NCBI GenBank assembly: GCA_043803945.1
Contig: JAZDJN010000019.1
Span: 1 to 50,881 of the forward strand
DNA: 50,881 bases
Source of the DNA: a bacterium
GTDB taxonomy: Bacteria; Bacteroidota; Ignavibacteria; UBA10030
Direction of reading: 5' to 3'
The notes under the pieces are model-generated. The model searched no databases. It was given only the letters and a program-made list of their open reading frames with translations, and was not told the DNA's origin. This document shows positions 1-8,572 of the stretch, one piece after another. Made by a program: the position numbers and the translations under genes. Numbering within the stretch: position 1 is the first letter of the stretch; every line of letters begins with the position of its first letter.

Positions 1-258
1 GGATGGACAGGATTATTTTAGATAGGGTTGGTAAGAATAATATCCTATTTATCCTGTAAATCGATGTCTACATATTTATTAACATGGATAGACAAGATGG
101 ACAGGATTATTTTAGATAGGGTTGGTAAGAATAATATCCTATTTATCCTGTAAATCGATGTCTACATATTTATTATCATGGATAGACAGGATGGACAGGA
201 TTATTTTAGATAGGGTTGGTATGAACACTATCCTATTTATCCTGTAAATCCATGTTAA
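1..258. repeat. 94-bp tandem repeat, about 2.7 copies visible and cut by the window edge; each unit is an imperfect hairpin
   Basis: gatggacagg recurs at 2, 96 and 190 (period 94). Arm aacatggatagacaRgatggacaggat pairs with atcctatttatcctgtaaatcSatgt. The last copy overlaps the 3' end of the GxxExxY gene. Confidence 0.95.
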
Positions 259-628
259 CATCTTTGTTTCTGGAAAAGCGTTTGTATTCCAATTTCGGGT
301 TACCGAAGTTGATAAGCAATCCAACTTCGATTCCCGTTGCTTTCAGGTAATTAATTATTTGTGCCTGATGTTCTGGAGCGATTGCTTTCACAGCCTTCAG
401 TTCAACAACCACCTTTTGTTCCACATAGAGATCGGCAAAGAAATCGCCAACACATTTCTGTCTAAACATAACTTTTATGGGATGTTGAGCCTGAACAAAA
501 AGCCCTTTCTGTTCCAGAGCGATACGCATGGCCTTTTCATAGACAGACTCAAGAAATCCTGCTCCAAGTTCATTGATCACCTCAAAGGCAGATCCAATAA
601 TTGTTTTTGTTATCTCTTCATGTTTCAT
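233..628 (-). CDS. GxxExxY family protein (PD-(D/E)XK nuclease superfamily)
   Basis: 131 aa; GFLESVY signature, ADLYVEQKVVVELKAV (D..ExK), QIINYLKATGIEVGLLINFG. Confidence 0.95.
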   Translation of the reverse strand: MKHEEITKTIIGSAFEVINELGAGFLESVYEKAMRIALEQKGLFVQAQHPIKVMFRQKCVGDFFADLYVEQKVVVELKAVKAIAPEHQAQIINYLKATGIEVGLLINFGNPKLEYKRFSRNKDVNMDLQDK

Positions 629-643
629 AACACTACCACCTCA

Positions 644-672
644 TCCTGTTTATCCATGTACATCCATGTTCA
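644..672. repeat. Single repeat arm upstream of the GxxExxY gene, same family as the arms in 1-258
   Basis: atcctgtttatccatgtacatccatgttc versus atcctatttatcctgtaaatccatgtt at about 229-257. Confidence 0.85.
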
Positions 673-680
673 TATACACC

Positions 681-1847
681 TCACTGCTTCTTCTCCCTCA
701 TTTTTTTCATCTGTTTATAGCGCTTAATTTTTCCTCGTATGGTGGCAAGGAAGGTATCATCTGAAATGGGCTTGGTGAGATACTCATCAACACCCAATTC
801 TTTGCCGGTGCGGATCAGAACATCATCCGTCAACCCGCTCAGGAAGATAAAAGGCACGTCAACGAGTCTCTCAATCTCCCGTACTTTCTCAAAGAATGAA
901 AATCCTCCCATGGTGGAGGTTTCAAGATTGATATCGGAGACAATCATGTCGGGTGTTGCCGTCTTCAGGTAGGTGTATGCTTCATCGGTTGTTGTAAATG
1001 GTTCCACATCGAAACCGGCTTCACGAATAATCTGGCTCATGATTTCAAGAAATTTATCATCATCATCGATAAAGACAATTTTTGGTTTCTCCTGGGCCGC
1101 ACGGACTTCCCAGAGGTATTGAGCCTCCATGCCGACGTGTTCTTGCGGGGTGATATTCAGTTGTTCGCGAAACGCGGCAAGCCTTTTCTCGCCTTGAGGA
1201 GTTACCGATCCAGCAGACCATGCATCCCTGATCTCTTTGCGATAGATCTCAATTTTGATCTCTTTCTCCAGCCGTGCATGCTCTTCGATACTGATGTGAA
1301 GCAATTGTCGGAGTTCGACGAGAAGCACATCTTCCCTCGTTGTACTGGAGCCGTCCTCCCAGGCCAACGCGAGCGCCTGTTTATATTCCGCAAGGGCTGA
1401 CTGGTGATCAAGTTCTAATTCAGGAATATGTTTTTGTAGATCCTGGTGGCGTTGTTGTTCCTCCTCGTTCTGTTGTTGCTCTCGCTCTTGCCGCTTTCGG
1501 TCCTCTTCTGCACGGCGTTTTTCTTCGGCATTCTTTTTTGCTGCCTCTTCTTCTACCCTGTGCTGCTCTTCGAGAGCCTTTTTTCGTTCCTCGTCGCTAC
1601 GGCGTGCCCCCTCTTGGGCTTCTTCCCGTGTTTTTTCCTGATCAATATTTTTTACGTGTGCCGAGCGAAGGAACGATAATCGTTCTTCATAAGCATAGAT
1701 ATAGACATTCTTGGGATCAAGCTGTTTTGCGCGAACGATTTCGCGCATCGCTTGATCCATCTCACCTGATTTCAACAGGCGATCAACTTTCTTGAGTATT
1801 TCGCTCACCTGCTTTTTTACGTTATCCCGTGGTGTGAGTTCTGCCAT
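681..1847 (-). CDS. Response regulator with a C-terminal receiver domain, N-terminal TPR-like helix pair, coiled coil and duplicated helical module
   Basis: KIVFIDDD...IVSDINL...FLSG...YLTKP receiver motifs; E/K/R/Q-rich coiled coil. Confidence 0.85.
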   Translation of the reverse strand: MAELTPRDNVKKQVSEILKKVDRLLKSGEMDQAMREIVRAKQLDPKNVYIYAYEERLSFLRSAHVKNIDQEKTREEAQEGARRSDEERKKALEEQHRVEEEAAKKNAEEKRRAEEDRKRQEREQQQNEEEQQRHQDLQKHIPELELDHQSALAEYKQALALAWEDGSSTTREDVLLVELRQLLHISIEEHARLEKEIKIEIYRKEIRDAWSAGSVTPQGEKRLAAFREQLNITPQEHVGMEAQYLWEVRAAQEKPKIVFIDDDDKFLEIMSQIIREAGFDVEPFTTTDEAYTYLKTATPDMIVSDINLETSTMGGFSFFEKVREIERLVDVPFIFLSGLTDDVLIRTGKELGVDEYLTKPISDDTFLATIRGKIKRYKQMKKMREKKQ

Positions 1848-1873
1848 GCCTGTTCCTTCGTATCAGCATCTGA

Positions 1874-3412
1874 TTATCGGTTATTTCCGCTCTGACTGAT
1901 TGCTGCAAGTGTTGGTCCCTGATGGGCAATAACTCTCGTTAACGGACTTTCATTTCCCGCGCGATCGAAAGCTGCGATTGCATAATACCATTTGCGTCCT
2001 CCGGCTGTGGTATCGAAAAAGGATACAGTATTCCGGCCAGTGATCTGGAGAATTGATTTCACATCAGTCTGCGGCACGAGCGGCGATTCCGACCGATAGA
2101 GGATATAAGAAACAGGCTCCTGTTCGTTGTTGGAATTCCACGAAAGGAGCACGCCTCGTGTATGATTTTTTATTGAAAAATTTGTCGGTGCAGATGGCGG
2201 GATACTGTTTTTCCATGGCATTTTAGGAGGGAGTGCCCAAAATGGAAATTCATCAACGCCGAGTGTTTTCCACGCAGAGCGAAGTCCCCCTGCAGAGAAA
2301 AATACAACACCCGCCAATCCCTTCTCTCGCACTGACGCTATCTCGGAAGAGAGCTCCTCCCACCCGAATCGTCGCTGCAACCCGGCCGAAAGTCCCGGAA
2401 CCACAAGCCGGTCGTATTGCACACGATCCTGCCATTGTGTGATCAATGGAATAAAGGGATGGGTCTTATGCTCCCGTTCCCAGTACACCATCGGCACAAT
2501 AAAATCGATCTTTCCTACTTCCATCCACCGACGGGGATCCTGATAAACAATATAGTACGACGACCATCCCGGGCCCATATATTTACCGATGACAGCAGCA
2601 GAGACTTTAATCCAGGGCTTCAGGGCAGTCATACTATTATAAGCTTCGAAGACGAATTGGTTTACCTGCTCCCGCTGCCAGTGTTCCCACGAGAGCTTGT
2701 GGGGATTGCCCTCCGCACTATTAAATCTGGCAACACTGACTGGATCATGCGAATACCCTTTGGTTGGAGATGCTTCGGGATATCGAATGTAATCGAATTG
2801 AATGCCATCGATCTCATACTTCTTTACAAGGTCTGTAACGACATTGACAATGTGCTGTCGAACAGCGGGATTGCCTGGGCTTGCCCAGAGATACTCGTTG
2901 CTGCCGGAATCGGGGAGTGCGGGCTTGCCATTGGCATCACAAACGATCCACTCGGGGTGATCGAGAAATGGCTGCCGGGGTGTCGATTCGGATGGTGGTA
3001 TCGGACCGCGCCAGAACGGAAATGTATTGATCCAGGCATGGAGTTCGAGGCCAAGCTGATGTGCCTCTTCTATTGCGAATTGCAGCGGATCCCAGCCGGG
3101 GTCTTTCCCAAGTGTTCCGGTTAATTCCTGAGCCCAAGGCTCGAACGAAGAGTTGAAGAAGGCTGTTCCGTTTCCACGGACCTGGAAGAACACCATGTTC
3201 AGTTTTGCCCGGCGTGCCTGTTGGAATACCTGGCAAATAAGAGCTTTTGCAGAATCCGGATTATTGCGGGCTTTCTCTGTCGCATACTCAAATCGTGACA
3301 TCCAGACTCCGCGTGCTTCGTATTTGCCCGTGAATAATTCCTTGCGGCAACTTACGAATCCGAGGGTGAGAATAACAGCACAGAGGAAGAGTAGAAACTT
3401 CTGATTGATCAT
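1874..3412 (-). CDS. Glycosyl hydrolase-like 10 (UPF0748/YddW-DigH-like) lipoprotein with a C-terminal Fn3-like domain
   Basis: Lipobox-like LGFVSC; EARGVW, FFQVRGNG, WDPLQFAIEEAHQLGLELHAW, DGIQFDYIRYP; PPSAPTN...YYAIAAFDRAGNES. Confidence 0.9.
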   Translation of the reverse strand: MINQKFLLFLCAVILTLGFVSCRKELFTGKYEARGVWMSRFEYATEKARNNPDSAKALICQVFQQARRAKLNMVFFQVRGNGTAFFNSSFEPWAQELTGTLGKDPGWDPLQFAIEEAHQLGLELHAWINTFPFWRGPIPPSESTPRQPFLDHPEWIVCDANGKPALPDSGSNEYLWASPGNPAVRQHIVNVVTDLVKKYEIDGIQFDYIRYPEASPTKGYSHDPVSVARFNSAEGNPHKLSWEHWQREQVNQFVFEAYNSMTALKPWIKVSAAVIGKYMGPGWSSYYIVYQDPRRWMEVGKIDFIVPMVYWEREHKTHPFIPLITQWQDRVQYDRLVVPGLSAGLQRRFGWEELSSEIASVREKGLAGVVFFSAGGLRSAWKTLGVDEFPFWALPPKMPWKNSIPPSAPTNFSIKNHTRGVLLSWNSNNEQEPVSYILYRSESPLVPQTDVKSILQITGRNTVSFFDTTAGGRKWYYAIAAFDRAGNESPLTRVIAHQGPTLAAISQSGNNR

Positions 3413-3505
3413 ATTTCCTCGCTATCGCCCAAAAATGCGTCACCAAAGTACAGAACAGTTGAGGAACATGCAAGGTAAGGTGAGAAACGATGTGATGAAG
3501 AATAC

Positions 3506-3553
3506 CTAACCGTTCCCTCTCTCAAGTTCAATCGTGGAGTAGGGAACGGTTAG
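3506..3553. repeat. Perfect 13-bp inverted repeat between divergent genes (GTAG-REP-like)
   Basis: ctaaccgttccct (3506-3518) / agggaacggttag (3541-3553); GTAG at 3539-3542 overlaps the start of the right arm. Confidence 0.65.
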
Positions 3554-3724
3554 ATTTATGCGGTCATCTGCCTTTTTCAGGTTTACCTTGACTCTATCTC
3601 TCCAGTTCGAGATATTTGCACAGGTGAGTCTACTCTAAACAAGGAGTATTTACTTATCAGACCTTTTTAGATTCGACTCACAGGTAATTCTCCTCTCTCA
3701 AATCACCACGTAGGAGTGCAAACC

Positions 3725-4648
3725 ATGAAATGGAAAGACCTTGTTCCGACTGGCGAGCTTGGCATTGGTACTTGGGCCTGGGGCGATAGAAGTGTGTGGG
3801 GGTATGGTAAAGAGTATGGTGAGCAAGACCTTGAGGCGGCATTCCGCGCAAGCATCGATTCAGGAATTACGTTTTTTGATACAGCAGAAATTTATGGAAA
3901 GGGGAAATCGGAACAATTCATCGGCAAGTTTCGGCATGCGTTGGAGAGGGAAGTGATTGTTGCCACAAAATTTTTTCCCTATCCCTGGCGGCTTAATCGG
4001 AACGATCTCATCGCCGCGTTAAAACAAAGCCTTCATCGGTTGGGAATGCCATGCGTCGATCTTTACCAGATCCATTGGCCATTGCATGTCCGATCTCTTC
4101 ATGTCTGGATGGATGCGATGGCGGAAGCTGTCGAGAAGGGCTTGACGAAAGCTGTGGGTGTATCGAATTATTCCGTGGGGCAAATGCTCCGTGCCCGCGA
4201 TGCACTCGCCAAACGAGGGATTCCTCTCATTTCAAATCAGGTAGAATTCAGTCTTCTCAAGCGTAAACCGGAAAATTCAGGCCTGTTGAAAGCATGTGCG
4301 GAGCACGGAATTATGCTTCTCGCTTACAGTCCAATAGCAATGGGAATATTAAGCGGGAAATATTCTACCGCTCATGCACCTGTTGGAGTGCGGCGTTACC
4401 GGTATCGCAGCATGCTGCCGCAGGTTGAAAAGCTCGTTCGAATCATGACTACCCTGGGAGAAGAGCATGGCGGGAAAACACCTTCTCAGGTCGCGCTGAA
4501 TTGGGTAATTTGTAAAGGGGCATTTCCGATCCCGGGAGCGAAGACTGCAAAACAGGCGGTCGAAAATGCCGGTGCACAAGGATGGCGCTTAGAAGCCGAT
4601 GAAATATTCGAATTGGACGAGGCAACACGAATGTTGTTTGAGACATAA
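3725..4648 (+). CDS. Aldo/keto reductase
   Basis: LGIGTWAWG, FDTAEIYG, IVATKF, VDLYQIHWP, VGVSNYS, AYSPIAMG, PIPGAK; AGGAG RBS 8 nt before ATG 3725. Confidence 0.95.
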   Translation: MKWKDLVPTGELGIGTWAWGDRSVWGYGKEYGEQDLEAAFRASIDSGITFFDTAEIYGKGKSEQFIGKFRHALEREVIVATKFFPYPWRLNRNDLIAALKQSLHRLGMPCVDLYQIHWPLHVRSLHVWMDAMAEAVEKGLTKAVGVSNYSVGQMLRARDALAKRGIPLISNQVEFSLLKRKPENSGLLKACAEHGIMLLAYSPIAMGILSGKYSTAHAPVGVRRYRYRSMLPQVEKLVRIMTTLGEEHGGKTPSQVALNWVICKGAFPIPGAKTAKQAVENAGAQGWRLEADEIFELDEATRMLFET

Positions 4649-4704
4649 GGCGGATTCTTCTTCTCTGTTTTTTCGTAACTGAAATCTTAAGCGAGAAAAA
4701 GATT

Positions 4705-4836
4705 GAACACTGATGACGCTGAAAAATACAAGATTGCCACAGACGCTATGGTTCTATGGAGGAAAGATTGATCTTCAGAATTATTCATAATGCTTGATCT
4801 GTGACTATCAGTGTGTTTCTTGTGTTATCAGTGTTC
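4705..4836. repeat. Intergenic imperfect inverted repeat with 39-nt periodic arms (REPIN/MITE-like)
   Basis: gaacactgatgacgctgaaaaatacaagattgccacaga versus the reverse complement of 4798-4836, gaacactgataacacaagaaacacactgatagtcacaga. Confidence 0.75.
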
Positions 4837-4957
4837 CATTCTTGGTTTTGCGTATGGATAAAATTACTTAGGAGTTAAGAAATTCTTTTCTTAGTGCCTT
4901 TGGGACTTAGTGGCAATTATCCCGGGCAATTATGCACATTCATATCAAGGTGAAAAA

Positions 4958-7900
4958 ATGAAAAAAGGATTAATCGTTACACTGCTCTTAATTCTGGCAA
5001 CGCCACTTCTTGCACAAACCAATGTGGACAAACTCGTTCGGGCATTGGATACTGTGCTGGCTGTCTCTTATACGAATTGGAAGATCAGTCCGGATTTGAA
5101 GAGTTACAGACCTGCAGGCGATCCGACCAAACCTGGTTTTGACGATTCCCAATGGCAGTCGTTGAGGTTGAATCAAAGTTTCTCTTTAGACTCCTGCTGG
5201 ATTCGGAAGGAGATTGTTCTTCCCGATCGTCTCCTCGGAAAACCGACCGGTGGCATGCTCGAACTCCAAGTCTCTGTCGATGATTACGGGTATATGTGGA
5301 TAAACGGAGAGAGCAAAGGGCACTTTCCCTGGGACGGCGAGTTTGAACTTACCAGAAATGCCAAACCGGGGGAGCGGTATCTCGTTGTCATTAAAGCCAT
5401 CAACACCGGCGGGCCGTTGCGTCTGATCCGTGCCGAGCTTGTCGATGCGAGCGCACAATCGCTGCGCGAACTCATGACGAATCTCTCGATGAGCATGCAG
5501 GTTGGGCAGAAGCTGCTCAGCTTCGATACCTATCAAACAAGTTCGAATAAACGTGTCGATCCGAAAACAGATCTCTCAACCATGGACCGGGCGGAGAAGG
5601 TGAAGCTCAATGAGCTTCTCCAATCGCTTGCGGGCCAGGTTAACTTGACGCTCCTGAATCAGGGACCGCTCAGTGAATTTGTACAGAATGTCGATGCGGT
5701 GCGGGATCAGCTTAAGCCGATCGATGCTTACGCGAAAAAGTTCACACTCTTCTTTAACTCGAATGCCCATATCGACGCCGCATGGCTGTGGCGTAAAAAA
5801 GAGACTGTTGAGGTAGCCAAGAATACCTTTGGTTCTGTAATGAACATGTTCAAAGCGCGGCCCGATTTTACCTTTACTCAAAGTTCCGCAGTGTACTATG
5901 ACTGGATGGAGCGGTGCTATCCGGAAATTTTCAAATCAATACAACAATATGTGAAGCAGGGCCGGTGGGAGTTGGTGGGCGGTATGTGGATTGAGCCTGA
6001 TTGCAACCTGATCAGCGGCGAATCGTGGTCGCGTCATTTGCTCTATGCCAAACGATATTTCAGAGAGAAATTTGGTGTGAATGTTAAGATCGGCTGGAAT
6101 CCGGATTCGTTTGGCTATAACTGGAATATGCCGCAATTCTATGCCAATGCCGGAATCGATGCATTCATCACCCAGAAAATAGGATGGAACGATACCAATG
6201 TGTTTCCATACCGCCTCTTCTGGTGGGAGGGTCCGGATGGCTCAAGGGTGTTGAGCTATTTCCCCTTCGACTATGTGAATGAGGTGAAAAATCCATACCG
6301 TCTTGTTGACTGGCTGAGACAGTACGAAGCCAATACCGGCATGACGAAGATGATGGTACTCTTCGGTGTTGGCAACCATGGCGGCGGGCCGTCGCTCGAT
6401 ATGCTCGATCGGATCGACAAGATGAAGACCTACACTGTCTTCCCAAAGATTGAACATGGTACTTCAAACGAGTACCTGAAGTGGGTTCAACAGCACGACC
6501 TCTCCAAACTCCCCGTCTGGAAGGACGAACTTTACTTGGAGTATCATCAGGGAACATTCACGACACAGGCGAATACGAAGCTTAACAATCGCAAAGGTGA
6601 GGCAGCGCTCCTCAAGGCAGAAAAATATTCTTCATTGGCATCACTCTATGGCCGGCTATACAATGCAGCGAGCATTGAAGAGGCATGGAAAACCATCCTC
6701 TTCAATCAATTCCATGACATTCTTCCGGGCTCCAGTATCCATGAAGTTTATCGCGATGCTGCGGAGGAATATCGTGATGCGTTTGAGATAATTAATATGG
6801 AGTGTACTTCCTCGCTCAATCATCTATCGCAGCAGGTGAATACGTCCACCATTAAGAGCGGTGTCCCGGTAGTAGTTTCGAATGATTTGTCGTGGGATCG
6901 ATCGGACATTGCGACACTGGAATTGCCAAAGGGTGATATGGGAGACTATGCCATCCTCGATCTGCAAGGAAATGAGGTTACCTCACAGTCGGTCCAGGCC
7001 GGTCGGTATCAGAAGACGCTGCTGTTTAAAGCGGAAAACATTCCTTCGATTGGATACCGTACGTATCAATTGGCGAAGCGGATACCTGCTTCAAGTGCAA
7101 CAGCGATGACCGTGACAAATTCGCTTGTGGAGAATCAATTCTTCCGGATAGAGTTGGATTTAAGATCCGGTTGGATCAAGAGTATTGTCGATAAGAGAAA
7201 TGGCAAGGAGATATTGAAGGGATCGGGAAATGAATTAGAACTTCTCGCCGACTATCCTTCGGCGTATGATGCATGGAATATCGGATTGACTGGCGTCAAA
7301 TATCCTTCGACGTTTCGTCGGGCAGAGGTCATTGAACGCGGGCCTGTCCGAATCGTCGTGCGACTCTACCGGGATTTTCTTAAACCCGGCGTGAAAAAAT
7401 CCTTCCCAACTGAAGATTTCCCCTCTTCCTTCTTCACGCAGGATGTGATACTGTATGAGGGAGTGGATCAGATATTTTTCAAGACGAACGTCGAATGGTG
7501 GGAAGAGAAAACCATGCTGAAAGTCGCTTTCCCATTGAGTTTCACCGATACAGTAGCGACCTATGAAATACCGTTTGGCACAATCCAACGATCCACGCAA
7601 ATGCGGGATAGCTGGGAGAAGGCGAAGGTTGAAGTTCCCGCCTACCGCTGGGCCGATGTTTCATCGGAGGGATACGGAGTGAGCCTTCTGAATAACTCAA
7701 AATATGGATATGACATCAAGGATCATGTGATGCGCCTGTCGTTGCTCCGCTCGCCCAAGTCTCCCGATCCGATGGCAGATCGCGGGACACACGCAATTGA
7801 ATACGCACTCTATCCACATCGCGGAACTTGGAAGGATGCGAATACACTGCGCCGCGGTATGGAATTCAACAATCCCCTCACGGTCACCATTACCGATACA

Positions 7901-8185
7901 CATCAAGGGAAACTTCCGGCTACCTCCTCGTTCATTCAACTAAGTCCATCGAATATCATCCTTGCTTCGATAAAAAAAGCTGAGGAGTCAAACGCCTGGG
8001 TGATTCAGATGGTCAATCCAGGCGGAGGAGCATCGGTTGCGCAGCTTACATTGCCCCGGGCTCCGAAGAAAGCTCTCTTGACGAATTTTCTCGAGGAAGA
8101 GGGCAAGGCACTTGAGGTGAAGAATAACAGTGTTTCCATTCCGATGCGACAGAACGGGATAGCAACTCTAAAAGTAATTTTCTAA
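4958..8185 (+). CDS. GH38 alpha-mannosidase with signal peptide and N-terminal jelly-roll/galactose-binding-like domain
   Basis: NAHIDAAWLW, GGMWIEPD, WNPDSFG, FGVGNHGGGP, ELYLEYHQG, NQFHDILPGSSI, RLSLLRSP; MKKGLIV signal peptide. Confidence 0.95.
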   Translation: MKKGLIVTLLLILATPLLAQTNVDKLVRALDTVLAVSYTNWKISPDLKSYRPAGDPTKPGFDDSQWQSLRLNQSFSLDSCWIRKEIVLPDRLLGKPTGGMLELQVSVDDYGYMWINGESKGHFPWDGEFELTRNAKPGERYLVVIKAINTGGPLRLIRAELVDASAQSLRELMTNLSMSMQVGQKLLSFDTYQTSSNKRVDPKTDLSTMDRAEKVKLNELLQSLAGQVNLTLLNQGPLSEFVQNVDAVRDQLKPIDAYAKKFTLFFNSNAHIDAAWLWRKKETVEVAKNTFGSVMNMFKARPDFTFTQSSAVYYDWMERCYPEIFKSIQQYVKQGRWELVGGMWIEPDCNLISGESWSRHLLYAKRYFREKFGVNVKIGWNPDSFGYNWNMPQFYANAGIDAFITQKIGWNDTNVFPYRLFWWEGPDGSRVLSYFPFDYVNEVKNPYRLVDWLRQYEANTGMTKMMVLFGVGNHGGGPSLDMLDRIDKMKTYTVFPKIEHGTSNEYLKWVQQHDLSKLPVWKDELYLEYHQGTFTTQANTKLNNRKGEAALLKAEKYSSLASLYGRLYNAASIEEAWKTILFNQFHDILPGSSIHEVYRDAAEEYRDAFEIINMECTSSLNHLSQQVNTSTIKSGVPVVVSNDLSWDRSDIATLELPKGDMGDYAILDLQGNEVTSQSVQAGRYQKTLLFKAENIPSIGYRTYQLAKRIPASSATAMTVTNSLVENQFFRIELDLRSGWIKSIVDKRNGKEILKGSGNELELLADYPSAYDAWNIGLTGVKYPSTFRRAEVIERGPVRIVVRLYRDFLKPGVKKSFPTEDFPSSFFTQDVILYEGVDQIFFKTNVEWWEEKTMLKVAFPLSFTDTVATYEIPFGTIQRSTQMRDSWEKAKVEVPAYRWADVSSEGYGVSLLNNSKYGYDIKDHVMRLSLLRSPKSPDPMADRGTHAIEYALYPHRGTWKDANTLRRGMEFNNPLTVTITDTHQGKLPATSSFIQLSPSNIILASIKKAEESNAWVIQMVNPGGGASVAQLTLPRAPKKALLTNFLEEEGKALEVKNNSVSIPMRQNGIATLKVIF

Positions 8186-8214
8186 ATAACGGAGCTGCAA
8201 AAGAGTAACAGCAC

Positions 8215-8236
8215 AAGCGGGGGGAAACCTCCGCTT
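8215..8236 (+). terminator. Probable intrinsic terminator after the GH38 gene
   Basis: aagcgggggg-aaa-cctccgctt hairpin; weak U tail. Confidence 0.5.
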
Positions 8237-8495
8237 TGCTTCATCTTGCTGCCCCACTGTAGATCGTTCTGGAATCTGTAAAAGTCCCCGCCAGCCACCC
8301 TTTTTAAAGGCTTAATTGTATTAGGGTGGAAATTGGTCTCCTTGATCCGTCTAATCGTTAAACGCTTAAGCGTGTTTTTTGTCAAAGGTACATCATCAAC
8401 GCGAAGCTCGAATCAGGTATGTATCTGCGGTGTGCCTGATCGTGTGCTCCAGATCAATCGAAAGCACGAAAATGAAAGGTAGTTCCTGTACCTCA

Positions 8496-8524
8496 TTGAC
8501 AATAGAAACCACTGGAAGTACATT
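8496..8524 (+). promoter_or_regulatory. Sigma70-type promoter
   Basis: TTGACA-17 nt-TACATT, about 50 nt upstream of ATG 8573, which has a GGAGGAG RBS. Confidence 0.7.
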
Positions 8525-8572
8525 GTAATCAGACACTATGTATCAATAAAGAAGTGACGGAGGAGAATTAGT

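Noticed and set aside
1-258. CRISPR array
   Set aside because: The units are near-identical over their whole 94 bp with no unique spacers, and there are no cas genes.
139-324. 61-aa ORF ending DLQDK
   Set aside because: A by-product of the tandem repeat duplicating the GxxExxY 3' end; it overlaps the real gene out of frame.
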